51,112 nucleotides of DNA from Actinomycetota bacterium (GCA_046725875.1 JBKOZJ010000132.1:1-51112); one strand, 5' to 3'; shown: positions 40,347 to 49,909, counted from the stretch's first letter. The notes: generated by a model not told the origin, from the sequence alone. Program-made: numbers and translations.

Positions 40347-41375
40347 TCACCGTCCAGGCACAGCGCCTGATCGCATCGCCGGTTGACCTTCTGCGCCGGG
40401 GGCACCCATGACGTCGAGCGCGTCGAGGAATGCCCGGCTCGGCCGGATCTCGCCAACCTCTTCTGCGACGCCAAATACGGGAGCGCGGGTCAAGGCGGCC
40501 ACGGCTGGTCCGCCGGCCCCAAGCCGGTCCAGGAGAGCACCGATGATTGGCGGAATCGACCGAGACGACCCGTCGTCAATTTTGATTGCGGCAGCGCGAC
40601 CGTCGGGCAGCGCCAATGCCATGACACCCTCCGCACCACTCTTCACGAGCAGGTCCGGCACCGCTCGCATCAGCTCGGTGACGATCATCCCGTCACCTGC
40701 CACGAAGGCCGGATATTTGCGGATGGCGTCGGCGATTTGCCGCGGCGCCGTTCCGGCCGCTTCGGTCACAAGTGTGTGGTAGGCGCGGGCCACGCCGGTC
40801 AAGCTGTAGGTCAATAGCGGCAGCCCGCACCCGTCCACGAGGGTGGCTGCGATGGGTTCGGCCGCTAGATCGCTGACGGCCTGAGCGACTGCCACCTGCA
40901 GCGGATGGTCGGCGGCAAGATAAGTGTCGGTCGGCCAGCCGTTGGCCGTACATGCGGCGAGCATCGCGGCGTGCTGGCCCGAGCAGTTGTGCACGACCGC
41001 CGATGGTTTCCCGCCGGAGCGCAGGTAGTCGTGGGCGACCCGCTCGTCGAGCGGCAGCGCGGGCGGGTTGCGCAGTGCCGACTCGTCGAGCCCCACGCTG
41101 GCCAGGATCTTGCGCACGCTGTCGCGGTGTATCCGATCACCGGCATGGCTGCCCGCAGCGAGCGCGAGCAGCTCGGCGGGGAGCCGGACACCGCCATTCA
41201 CGATGCCCACCGCCTGCATCGGTTTGTTTGCGGAGCGCGGCGACATTGGCGACCTGACGTCGCCGAACACCAGCTCGGTCTCGCCGCCGGCGCCGAGCAC
41301 GACCACCGCGCCGCGGTGCCGGCTCTCCACGAATCCGGACCTGACCACCTCGGCAATCGGGAGTACATCGGCCAT
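40347..41375 (-). CDS. Rhizobium etli-type (class 3) L-asparaginase homolog
   Basis: RSANKP, GSH, NCSGQH, DGCG, KSGAEG. Confidence 0.88.
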   Translation of the reverse strand: MADVLPIAEVVRSGFVESRHRGAVVVLGAGGETELVFGDVRSPMSPRSANKPMQAVGIVNGGVRLPAELLALAAGSHAGDRIHRDSVRKILASVGLDESALRNPPALPLDERVAHDYLRSGGKPSAVVHNCSGQHAAMLAACTANGWPTDTYLAADHPLQVAVAQAVSDLAAEPIAATLVDGCGLPLLTYSLTGVARAYHTLVTEAAGTAPRQIADAIRKYPAFVAGDGMIVTELMRAVPDLLVKSGAEGVMALALPDGRAAAIKIDDGSSRSIPPIIGALLDRLGAGGPAVAALTRAPVFGVAEEVGEIRPSRAFLDALDVMGAPGAEGQPAMRSGAVPGR

Positions 41376-41419
41376 GGCAGGCACAGTACTTAGGTCCGAC
41401 CGGATTGCGGCGCTCGCAC

Positions 41420-41977
41420 CTACTTGTTGACTGTGCGGGCTAAGAGATCGGAGACGTGTGCCTCGCCGGTCCGGTAGCGGCGGGCGACCTCTCCGCGACA
41501 GGCGTCGGCCACGCGCTGAACTGCTCGCCGGTTTCGCGATATTGATTTCTCGTGGCTCGTGAGGGATTCGAGCGCAGTGCGGATTTCCGCGTCGCTGCGT
41601 GCTGTCACGTCGGAAAGTTCGATGTCGGCCACCATCCGCTCGACACTTCGGCGATATTCGCCGACGCGGGAAGGCTCCGCGGCCATATAGCGAGCGGGAC
41701 TGCGACGGTTTGAGGGCTGGTCGGCGAGGATCGTTCGCAGCTTGTCGACGACCCGCTCCTGCGACTCGCCGGCGGCGCGGCGGTCGAGCTCGGCCCGCAT
41801 AATGTCGATCCGGCCCTGGAGCAAGCGGCGGACGTAGGAGAGATCGGTCTCCTCCTGCTCGGCCTCCCAGCGGAGAATGCGTACCTCGTTCAAAGGCAAG
41901 GTCTGGATGCCGTCGAGATAACCAGGCGCGAGCACCCGGTCGATCTTCCGGCGCCGGCGTACGGTCTGCTCCGTCAT
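41420..41977 (-). CDS. rsiG: c-di-GMP-binding anti-sigma factor RsiG (AmfC)
   Basis: Two E-x3-S-x2-R-x3-Q-x3-D motifs (ETDLSYVRRLLQGRID, EKSISRNRRAVQRVAD); next to asparaginase and dtd. Confidence 0.9.
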   Translation of the reverse strand: MTEQTVRRRRKIDRVLAPGYLDGIQTLPLNEVRILRWEAEQEETDLSYVRRLLQGRIDIMRAELDRRAAGESQERVVDKLRTILADQPSNRRSPARYMAAEPSRVGEYRRSVERMVADIELSDVTARSDAEIRTALESLTSHEKSISRNRRAVQRVADACRGEVARRYRTGEAHVSDLLARTVNK

Positions 41978-42045
41978 GTCGTTCCTCGCATCGGTGACGC
42001 CTTTACGGTGAGCATTTGCCTAGTCAGCCTGGCCGTCCCCCGGTG

Positions 42046-42867
42046 TCAGCGCCGCTTCACGTTGAGCATGGTTCGCGCCTGTTCCGGTGTCATGGGCGGC
42101 CGCTGGGCGATGGTTGCCAGTGTTGCCGCACGCTCGACGAGTTCGGCGTTGTCCCGGACCGGCTGACCCTTGGCAAACGTCAGGGTGTCCTCCATGCCGA
42201 CCCGCAGGTGGCCACCCTTTGCAAGTGCCGCGAACGCAACGGCCAGCGTGGTTCGGCCAACGCCGGTCGCGGACCACGTGGCACCTACCGGTAGGGCGTT
42301 GACCGCCGTCACGAGCGCATCCGCGGTGCCCGGCATGCCACCTGGCACGCCCATTACGAGATCGCAGTGGATCTTTCCACCGTGGGGTGATCCATATCTG
42401 TCAAGCAACCGGTGCAGGGCCGCGACGTGACCGAGGTCGAACAGCTCGAACTCGGGCACCACCTCGCGCTCCTGGGTGAGCTGGTAGAGCTCGACCATGA
42501 ACGGCCACGGGTTCAGGAACACGTCGTCGCCAAAGTTCACGGTTCCGCAGGTCAGCGAGCATGAGTCCGGTTCAGCGTCGAGTACCTTGATCCGGTTCTC
42601 CAGCGGGTCGGTCACCGCCCCGCCGGTCGAAAGCTGAACGATCAGCGAGGTTTCCTGGCGCAGCGCCGCAACGGTCTCCCTGAGCCGGCCGAGGTCGAGG
42701 GTCGGCTCGGCGTTTTCGTCCCTGATATGCACGTGGATCATTGCTGCGCCCGACTTCTCGCAGGCCAGTGCGGTATCCAGCAGCTCGTCGAGCGTCACCG
42801 GGAGGTTGGGAACGTCGGCCTTGGCGGACTCGGCGCCCGTGGGAGCAACGGTGATGAGCGTGTGCAT
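42046..42867 (-). CDS. 3-keto-5-aminohexanoate cleavage enzyme family (BKACE/DUF849)
   Basis: ITVAPTGA, P.T.DE, HVHIR, STGG, PEFELFD, RVGMED. Confidence 0.92.
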   Translation of the reverse strand: MHTLITVAPTGAESAKADVPNLPVTLDELLDTALACEKSGAAMIHVHIRDENAEPTLDLGRLRETVAALRQETSLIVQLSTGGAVTDPLENRIKVLDAEPDSCSLTCGTVNFGDDVFLNPWPFMVELYQLTQEREVVPEFELFDLGHVAALHRLLDRYGSPHGGKIHCDLVMGVPGGMPGTADALVTAVNALPVGATWSATGVGRTTLAVAFAALAKGGHLRVGMEDTLTFAKGQPVRDNAELVERAATLATIAQRPPMTPEQARTMLNVKRR

Positions 42868-42914
42868 GCCCCGCATCGTGGCACGGATCGCCGGCCAATG
42901 GAGAATGAACCCCC

Positions 42915-43340
42915 ATGCGGGCGGTCGTCCAGCGGGTATCCCAGGCGTCGGTAACCGTCGACGGCCGGGTCGTCGGCAAGTTGGACGAGCCCGGCCTCCT
43001 CGTTCTGGTGGGAGTTACGCACTCCGATACCCGGGAGCAGGCCGACCGACTCGCGGAGAAGCTCTGGGGGCTACGCATACTCGACGACGAGAAGTCCAGT
43101 GCTGATGTTGGTGCGCCGCTGCTCGTGGTCAGCCAGTTCACGCTGTACGCGGACACCAGTAAGGGCCGTCGCCCGTCGTGGTCTGCGGCGGCGCCCCGGT
43201 CAGTGGCAGAACCGCTCGTCGGCGCGGTCGTGGCGGCGCTACGCCGCCGCGGTGCCCGGGTGGAGACTGGGGTGTTCGGTGCGATGATGCAGGTCGCTCT
43301 GGTCAACGACGGCCCGGTGACGATCATCCTCGACGTCTGA
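42915..43340 (+). CDS. dtd: D-aminoacyl-tRNA deacylase
   Basis: [19 protein letters not shown]. Confidence 0.97.
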   Translation: MRAVVQRVSQASVTVDGRVVGKLDEPGLLVLVGVTHSDTREQADRLAEKLWGLRILDDEKSSADVGAPLLVVSQFTLYADTSKGRRPSWSAAAPRSVAEPLVGAVVAALRRRGARVETGVFGAMMQVALVNDGPVTIILDV

Positions 43341-43353
43341 CCGAAGCCTTTGT

Positions 43354-43462
43354 TGAACGGCACATTGATGCCATCCCTCGGTGGATGAACGGCACGTTGG
43401 CTCGAACCTATCGACTGAACGTGCCGTTGATTCCCACCTGATTCGAGTGGATGTGACGTTCA
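43354..43462. repeat. REP-like palindrome cluster between convergent dtd and ygfZ
   Basis: TGAACGGCACATT, ATGAACGGCACGTT..ACCTATCG..AACGTGCCGTTGAT, plus a degenerate fourth arm. Confidence 0.8.
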
Positions 43463-43475
43463 GGCAGTGTGGCGA

Positions 43476-44468
43476 CTAGGTGCGGAGGTCCGCGCGGATG
43501 TGGAGGCCGACGTCTGGCGGCACCACGACCTCCTGGCTCGCCGCCACACCATCGGCGATGAACGGAACGTCGGTCGGCGTGTTGCGCTTGACCACCGCGA
43601 GCGCGATCGGGCCGAGCTCGTAGTGCCTGGCCGCCGAGGTGACATTGCCGACCTGGCGGCCGTCGTACTCGACCGGCGTCCCATGGGCCGGTAGCCGTTC
43701 CACCGAGCCGTCGAGGTGGAGGAAGACCATCCGGCGCGGCGGCCTGCCGAGATTATGCACCCGCGCTACCGTCTCCTGCCCGCGGTAGCAGCCCTTGTCC
43801 AGGTTCACCGCGGTGCCGATCCAGCCAATCTCATGCGGAATCGTGCGATGGTCGGACTCGAGCCCGTGGCGTGGCTCGTGCGCCGCTATCCGCAGTGCCT
43901 CGAACGGCCAGGTCCCGGCCGGATCACCGGCCGCCGCCGCGGTGACGTAGTCCATCAGCTCGGAACGTGGAACGAGCAGGTCGCGGCCGCCGAGGCCGAA
44001 GTGGCGCTCCCGGGTGAGATACCGCACGTGCTGTCCGGCCCGCGGCTCCCAGACGACGGCCCAGTCGCCGGTTACGTCGGCTATCTCGACCCGCATGAGG
44101 AAGCGCATCGAGTCGAGGAAGGCAACCAGGTCGGGAGCCGCGCCCGGTTCCACCGTAAGCCAGGTGCACGAGCCGTCGTCGACGATGCCGAAATGGTGCT
44201 CAACGTGGCCCTGTGGTGACAGCAGCAAGCCCTCGGCCGAGTCACCGGGAGCCAGCCGCTCGACGTGCTGGCTGATCAAGGAGTGCAGCCAGGCCAGCCG
44301 GTCCGGCCCGGCGATCCGAACCACGCCGTGGTGCGATTGGTCAACGAAACCGTCGCCGTTGTCCAGACGGCGCTGCTCGCGCATCGGATCGCCATAGTGC
44401 GCCGCGACACCGAGATCCGGCGGATCGGCCTCGACCGCGCCAGGGAGCGACAAGAGCGGGCTACGCAC
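43476..44468 (-). CDS. ygfZ: Folate-binding protein YgfZ
   Basis: KGCYRGQE motif, HYGDP; TACCGT-N7-GTG start. Confidence 0.94.
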   Translation of the reverse strand: MRSPLLSLPGAVEADPPDLGVAAHYGDPMREQRRLDNGDGFVDQSHHGVVRIAGPDRLAWLHSLISQHVERLAPGDSAEGLLLSPQGHVEHHFGIVDDGSCTWLTVEPGAAPDLVAFLDSMRFLMRVEIADVTGDWAVVWEPRAGQHVRYLTRERHFGLGGRDLLVPRSELMDYVTAAAAGDPAGTWPFEALRIAAHEPRHGLESDHRTIPHEIGWIGTAVNLDKGCYRGQETVARVHNLGRPPRRMVFLHLDGSVERLPAHGTPVEYDGRQVGNVTSAARHYELGPIALAVVKRNTPTDVPFIADGVAASQEVVVPPDVGLHIRADLRT

Positions 44469-44501
44469 GTCACCCACGGTAGCCCGGTGCGAGCTTGGGG
44501 G

Positions 44502-44933
44502 TCAGGCGGTGCGTTCCGCGGCCTTCTGCCGGCATCCAGCGCACCGGCCGAGGACCGCGAGATGCCGCACGTCAGTCTCGAATCCGTACTCCCGCTCCAG
44601 CCGGGCGGCCAGTTCGGCAGCCGGCGCCACATCCGTCTCGATCACGTTCTCGCAGTCCCGGCAGACGAGGTGCAGGTGGGCTTCCTGCTCCGCCGGGTGG
44701 TAGGTCGGCGGGCCGTGGCTGATGTGGGTGTGCGTGACCAGGCCGAACTTCTCCAGGAGCTCCAGGGTCCGATACACCGTCGAAATGTTGACTGCGCCGA
44801 CCGTCTCGCGCACCTTTGCGAGGATCTCCTCCGGGGTTGCGTGACCGAGCTCCTGAATGGCCTCGAGGACAAGCTGCCGCTGCGGCGTCAGCCGGTGGCC
44901 CCGGGCCCGCAGCATGCCCTGCCAGTCGGTCAC
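44502..44933 (-). CDS. nur: Fur-family regulator, Nur-like
   Basis: RLTPQRQLV, HATP, STVYRTL, HTH..HG, HLHLVCRDC, RH....GRCAGC; ygfZ/FABP synteny. Confidence 0.85.
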   Translation of the reverse strand: MTDWQGMLRARGHRLTPQRQLVLEAIQELGHATPEEILAKVRETVGAVNISTVYRTLELLEKFGLVTHTHISHGPPTYHPAEQEAHLHLVCRDCENVIETDVAPAAELAARLEREYGFETDVRHLAVLGRCAGCRQKAAERTA

Positions 44934-45030
44934 CTCACCGAGTGTAGAAGCCGGTGGGCCTGGTGAAGGTCGGTCACGATCGGCGCCTTCCTCCGCCCGG
45001 ACAAGGAATCAGCGACTTAGGATGAGCGCG

Positions 45031-46302
45031 ATGTCCGACATGAACCGCTCCTCCGGCACCCCTTCGAGCAAGAGACGGGCGGCGGCCGGGGGCAGCGTGC
45101 CCGAGACGCCCACCCCCATCGGTCCGTTAGGCGCCCGCGGCACCGACCATCGGCCGGGTCGCGCCGAGTCTCCAGACAGACTGTCGATCTGGCCCGACGA
45201 CGATCCGTTCGCATCCCGAAACCCGGAGGAACAGCCGGGCAGCGAGGAACAGCCTCCGAAGCGGCATCGGTGGCGGCGCCGGTTTTTGATCGGATCCTTG
45301 GTTGGGGTCGCTCTGCTCCTGATCGCAGCCGGGGGCACGTTCTGGTGGCTCAACAGCTTCACCGGCAAGATCGACCGCATTCCCGGTGTCTTTTCCTCGA
45401 TCCCCGAGGAGGAGCGCCCGGCGAAGCCGGCCGAAGGGGAGCCGGGCCACGGCGCGCTGACCTTCCTCCTGGCCGGCACGGATCGCCGCTCTGACGTGCC
45501 GACCACGGGCGAGAGCGCGCAGGCTGACGAATTCGTCCCTGGCGCCCAGCGGACCGACTCGATCATGCTCATGCACCTGACCGACGATCGGAGCAAGGCC
45601 TACGTGATCTCCATCCCGCGCGACTCTTGGGTCGAGATCCCGGGGCACGGACACAACAAGATCAACGCCGCGTACTCCTTCGGCGGTCCTTCGCTCTACG
45701 TCCGGACGATCGAGCGGCTCACCGGCATTCGGGTCGACCACCTGGCGCTGATCGACTGGAGTGGGTTCAAGGAGCTCACCGACGCCGTTGGCGGAGTGGA
45801 CGTGACGATTCCCGACACCGTCTACGACTCCGCACGGGACAAGACCTGGACGGCGGGGACGCACCATCTGGACGGCGACGAGGCGCTCGAGTACGTCCGG
45901 CAGCGCCACGGCCTTCCGGGCGGCGACTTCGACCGAGTGAAGCGGCAGCAGAACTATCTCCGCGCCGTGATGAGCGAGGCCCTCAGCCAAGGCACGATCA
46001 CCAACCCGATCCGGCTCCGTCGGCTGCTCGACGCCGTGACAAAGACGGTCAGCGTGGACGACACGCTCAGCAACAGCGACCTCCGCGGTCTTGCGTTCAG
46101 CCTCCGTAACCTGCACACGAACGATGTAACCTTCCTAACCGTGCCCACCCGCGGCACCGGCTTCGAGGGCCGGGCGAGCGTGGTGTACGTGGATGAAGAG
46201 CGCGCGGACGCGCTATGGAAGGCGGTCAAGAGCGACGACCTGCCGACCTTCCTGAAAATGCACGGAAAGCCGAGCGAGCAGCTCGGCGCCGACGTCGGCT
46301 AG
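45031..46302 (+). CDS. LytR/CpsA/Psr (LCP) cell-wall ligase
   Basis: TM helix, GTD.R, RTDSIML, SIPRD, KINAAY, GDFDRVKRQQ. Confidence 0.93.
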   Translation: MSDMNRSSGTPSSKRRAAAGGSVPETPTPIGPLGARGTDHRPGRAESPDRLSIWPDDDPFASRNPEEQPGSEEQPPKRHRWRRRFLIGSLVGVALLLIAAGGTFWWLNSFTGKIDRIPGVFSSIPEEERPAKPAEGEPGHGALTFLLAGTDRRSDVPTTGESAQADEFVPGAQRTDSIMLMHLTDDRSKAYVISIPRDSWVEIPGHGHNKINAAYSFGGPSLYVRTIERLTGIRVDHLALIDWSGFKELTDAVGGVDVTIPDTVYDSARDKTWTAGTHHLDGDEALEYVRQRHGLPGGDFDRVKRQQNYLRAVMSEALSQGTITNPIRLRRLLDAVTKTVSVDDTLSNSDLRGLAFSLRNLHTNDVTFLTVPTRGTGFEGRASVVYVDEERADALWKAVKSDDLPTFLKMHGKPSEQLGADVG

Positions 46303-46399
46303 CCCGTATCGCATTACTTTCACCGTTAAGGGACGGAACCCACTCCTCGGGGGATCGACTCGAGGTCTCCCCACGATGCCGGCCGCGGCAGCCGCGCAC

Positions 46400-46894
46400 C
46401 TACGTAACGCGTTTGAGGCGAGCGGAGATGTGGGGCTGTAGCGGCTGACCCATCGCCGCCATGTCGAATGCCCACAACAGATCGCCCTCGACGAGACCAT
46501 AGAGCCGGTGCCCGGCGGTGTACTCCTTCGCCGACTGGGTCCGCGCCACGACGTCCGTACTAATCTCGATCTTCGCGCCGTCGACCTCGCCAAGCCAGAT
46601 CTCCACGAACCCAGTGGGGTGCGCGAGCAGCACTTCGATCTCGTTCCCGGGCCGGGGGCGCCAGAAGCCGGTCTCGGTCGCCAGCGGCTGGGCCGGCTTG
46701 CCGTCCGGGTCCAACCGCCAGGTCCTCGACGTGTATGCAAGGAAGGCCTTGCCATTGTGGCTGAACTCGATCTCCTGGCCGAACTGGAAATCCTCGATCG
46801 TGGGGTAGCCGCCGACACCGGCGCCCTCCCAGCTGCCGAGCATCCAAGCGATCGGCACGCAGTCGGGGTGGAGGTCGGCCGGAATCTCGATCAC
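46400..46894 (-). CDS. FABP-like / nitrobindin (DUF1794) protein
   Basis: LG.WEG.G.G.YPT, ETGFWR, RLYGLV, QPH.SA.L. Confidence 0.9.
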   Translation of the reverse strand: MIEIPADLHPDCVPIAWMLGSWEGAGVGGYPTIEDFQFGQEIEFSHNGKAFLAYTSRTWRLDPDGKPAQPLATETGFWRPRPGNEIEVLLAHPTGFVEIWLGEVDGAKIEISTDVVARTQSAKEYTAGHRLYGLVEGDLLWAFDMAAMGQPLQPHISARLKRVT

Positions 46895-46992
46895 GCGTCA
46901 GTGTCTTTCACGAGCCGGTACGTCAGGTAGGCCGCGCCCGCCGCCACACCTAGCGCGACCAGCGCCACCACCACGGCTAGGAATACTCCCAC
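46891..46992 (-). CDS. Small membrane protein, 33 aa (MGVFLAVVVALVALGVAAGAAYLTYRLVKDTDA)
   Basis: GGGGAG RBS, single TM helix, stop overlaps the FABP start (GTGA). Confidence 0.7.
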   Translation of the reverse strand: MGVFLAVVVALVALGVAAGAAYLTYRLVKDTDA

Positions 46993-47140
46993 GTCTCCCC
47001 CACGACAGACTGTGCCTTTCGGCGAGCATCGGCGGACAATCGCGGCCGGCTGCGAGCGCGGACACCTGTGACGGCCGCCAGGTCGGTGCTCGCCTTCTCG
47101 CCGAGTGTAGGACGGCAGCGCCATGCGTACGGTTAGCGGC

Positions 47141-47500
47141 ATGCGGTCACTCGTGGTCAAGGCAACCGCCGGCGTCGACGCACCGGAACGCTGCTCGCAG
47201 GCCTTCACGGTCGCCGCCATCGGTGTCGCGAGCGGTGCCGAGGTGTCGCTGTGGCTTACCGGCGAGTCGTCCTGGTACGCGCTGCCCGGGCGGGCGGCGG
47301 AGTTCGAGCTGCCGGAAGCGGCACCGCTGGACGAGCTGCTTGCCGCGGTTCTCGCCGGCGGCACGGTGACGTTGTGCGCGCAATGTGCGGCCCGACGGAA
47401 GATCACCCAGGAGGACGTCATACCTGGAGTACGGATTGCCGGAGCTCAGGTCTTCATACAAGAATCCCTGGCCGACGAGACACAGGCGCTGGTCTACTGA
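47141..47500 (+). CDS. DsrE family protein
   Basis: LVVK.TAG..PERCSQAF, SLWLTGE, LCAQC..RR, IAGA. Confidence 0.9.
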   Translation: MRSLVVKATAGVDAPERCSQAFTVAAIGVASGAEVSLWLTGESSWYALPGRAAEFELPEAAPLDELLAAVLAGGTVTLCAQCAARRKITQEDVIPGVRIAGAQVFIQESLADETQALVY

Positions 47501-47615
47501 ACGATCTGCTGCACCAAGAGCCCGCCGCACAGCCGGACCGGCCCGACCGGCCCGGCGCGGGCCGCCTACCTGCCGGTTCATGCATCAAATGCCCTGAGCC
47601 GGGCACCGTGGCCGG

Positions 47616-48641
47616 ATGATCGGTGCGCGGAGCAGGCACGGGACCGGGCCTGGCGGACCAGCCCCGCTGCGCTCGGTACGGTCGCCGCGGGCGCTGGTAA
47701 CCGGCGGCGCCGGCTTCCTTGGCTCACACGTCTGCGAACGGCTGCTCGGCGCTGGCTACGAGGTGATCTGCCTCGACAACCTGCTCACCGGGACCCCGGC
47801 GAACATCGCGCACCTACTGCAGCACGACCGCTTTCGGATGCTCCGCACCGATGTCACAGATTTCGTCCACGTGGGTGACAACGTAGACGCAGTTCTACAC
47901 TTCGCGTCGCCCGCATCGCCGGTCGACTACCTCCGGCTGCCGATTCATACCCTGAAGGTCGGATCGATCGGGACTCTGCACGCACTTGGCCTCGCCAGGG
48001 AGAAGGGCGCCCATTTCGTCCTTGCGTCGACGTCCGAGGTGTACGGGGACCCGCAGGTCCACCCGCAACCCGAGGACTACTGGGGACACGTGAACCCGGT
48101 CGGGCCGCGCGGGGTCTATGACGAGGCCAAGCGGTTCGCCGAGGCGCTGACGATGGCCTACCGCCAGGTGCACGGTGTGAGCACGTCGATCGTCCGGATC
48201 TTCAACACATATGGGCCGCGGATGCGACCGGGCGACGGCCGCGCGATCCCGACATTCATCAGACAGGGACTTAGCGGCGAGCCGATGACCGTCGCGGGAG
48301 AGGGCAGCCAGACCCGATCCGTGTGCTACGTCGACGACCTCGTCGAGGGCATTGCCCGCGTGGTCGAGGCGCGCTGCCCCGGGCCGGTCAACCTCGGGAG
48401 CCCGGACGAATGGACCGTCCGCGATCTGGCCGAGCGGGTCCGGGCGATGACCGGCGCGCGTTCCAGGATCGACTACGTCGAAAGGCCGATCGACGATCCC
48501 GAGGTAAGGCGGCCGGATATCGCCCTTGCCCGGCAAGAGCTCGGCTGGCAGCCAACGGTCTCGCTCGACGACGGGCTGCGGTCGACGATCGCATGGTTCC
48601 GCAGCCAGCTAGCCGAAGCGGGGGCCACGGGCGCCGACTGA
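47616..48641 (+). CDS. UDP-glucuronic acid decarboxylase family epimerase/dehydratase
   Basis: [38 protein letters not shown]. Confidence 0.93.
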   Translation: MIGARSRHGTGPGGPAPLRSVRSPRALVTGGAGFLGSHVCERLLGAGYEVICLDNLLTGTPANIAHLLQHDRFRMLRTDVTDFVHVGDNVDAVLHFASPASPVDYLRLPIHTLKVGSIGTLHALGLAREKGAHFVLASTSEVYGDPQVHPQPEDYWGHVNPVGPRGVYDEAKRFAEALTMAYRQVHGVSTSIVRIFNTYGPRMRPGDGRAIPTFIRQGLSGEPMTVAGEGSQTRSVCYVDDLVEGIARVVEARCPGPVNLGSPDEWTVRDLAERVRAMTGARSRIDYVERPIDDPEVRRPDIALARQELGWQPTVSLDDGLRSTIAWFRSQLAEAGATGAD

Positions 48642-48668
48642 GCAGGGTGGAAACTCGGACGGTGCGTC

Positions 48669-48968
48669 CTAGAGCGAGATTGCGACCTCGGCGATCCCAC
48701 CCTGTACCGCCGCGACTGGGCGATCGGAAGTGACGCCAGGCGCGAGCACCCGCAGGGTCCACCGACCGGGACGGGCGAAGAACAAGAAGCCGCCGCCGCC
48801 GCCGGTGGGCACCTCGGCGGTGAACTCACCGGACCCGTCAAGCAGACGGACATAGGCCCCGCGTACCGGCGTACCGGCCCGGGAGACGACTCCCCGGATC
48901 ACCGCCTCCTTCGCCAAGTCGACGCCCGCTAGCGTCGCCCCTCCGAGCGGGGCGCCGCATCCGCTCAT
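48669..48968 (-). CDS. sseC: DUF1416 protein SseC
   Basis: CGAP, AYVRLLD.SGEFTAEV, FFA.PG.WT. Confidence 0.9.
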   Translation of the reverse strand: MSGCGAPLGGATLAGVDLAKEAVIRGVVSRAGTPVRGAYVRLLDGSGEFTAEVPTGGGGGFLFFARPGRWTLRVLAPGVTSDRPVAAVQGGIAEVAISL

Positions 48969-49008
48969 CTCGTGCTCCCATCGAGGTTTGGTGTGTTGGT
49001 GTTGCCTG

Positions 49009-49045
49009 CGGAGTGGGGGCGTTCCACCGAAACGCCCCCACTCCG
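49009..49045. other. Strong intercistronic hairpin between rhodanese and sseC
   Basis: CGGAGTGGGGGCGTT/AACGCCCCCACTCCG 15-bp perfect stem. Confidence 0.75.
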
Positions 49046-49060
49046 GGTCTCCGGACCCGG

Positions 49061-49909
49061 TCAGGGCGACCCCGGCTCGTCGCCGACTGCGATCGGCACC
49101 CCGACCAGGGAGCCGTACTCGGTCCACGAACCGTCGTAGTTCTTGACGCTCGGCTGACCGAGTAGCTCGTGAAGCACGAACCAGGTGTGTGCGGACCGCT
49201 CGCCGATCCGGCAGTACGCGATCGTGTCCTTGCCGAAGTCGAGCCCGGCCTGACCATAGAGCTGGCGAAGCTCGTCATCTGACTTGAAGGTGCCGTCGTC
49301 GTTGGCAGCCTTGGACCATGGGACGTTGAGCGCCGTCGGGACGTGACCCGGCCGCTGCGACTGCTCCTGCGGTAGGTGAGCCGGGGCAAGGAGCCGACCG
49401 GCGTACTCGTCGGGCGATCGAACGTCGATGAGGTTCTTGCGGCCGATGGCGCCGACCACCTCATCCCGGAAGGCCCGAATCGTAAGGTCCGGGTCTTTTG
49501 CGACATGCTGCGTCGGTGGGCGGGAGGGAACCTCGGTAACGAGCTCGCGGGAGTCGAGCTCCCACTTCTTCCGGCCGCCGTCGAGCAGCTTGACGTTCTC
49601 GTGCCCGTAGAGCTTGAAGTACCAGTAGGCATAAGCGGCGAACCAGTTGTTATTGCTGCCATACAGGACGATCGCGTCGTCGTTGCTGATGCCCCGAGCA
49701 GACAGCAACGCCTCGAACTGCTGCTTCCCGATGAAGTCGCGGCGAATAGGATCCTGGAGATCCTTCTTCCAGTCGAGCTTGACGGCGCCTCTGATGTGGT
49801 TCTTGTCGTATGCGGTGGTGTCTTCGTCCACCTCTACGAAGACGACGTTCGGGTCGTCGAGATGGGCTTCCACCCAGTTGGCGTCAACAAGTGCAGAGTT
49901 ACGACTCAT
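49061..49909 (-). CDS. cysA: Thiosulfate sulfurtransferase (rhodanese, CysA2/3-like)
   Basis: EVDED..Y...HI.GA, LDGGRKKW, YCRIGER, YDGSWTEYG. Confidence 0.95.
   Translation of the reverse strand: MSRNSALVDANWVEAHLDDPNVVFVEVDEDTTAYDKNHIRGAVKLDWKKDLQDPIRRDFIGKQQFEALLSARGISNDDAIVLYGSNNNWFAAYAYWYFKLYGHENVKLLDGGRKKWELDSRELVTEVPSRPPTQHVAKDPDLTIRAFRDEVVGAIGRKNLIDVRSPDEYAGRLLAPAHLPQEQSQRPGHVPTALNVPWSKAANDDGTFKSDDELRQLYGQAGLDFGKDTIAYCRIGERSAHTWFVLHELLGQPSVKNYDGSWTEYGSLVGVPIAVGDEPGSP

Noticed and set aside
41978..42045. WhiG/FliA promoter or BldD box upstream of rsiG
   Set aside because: TAAA and ACCGAT are present but wrongly spaced, and there is no proper palindrome
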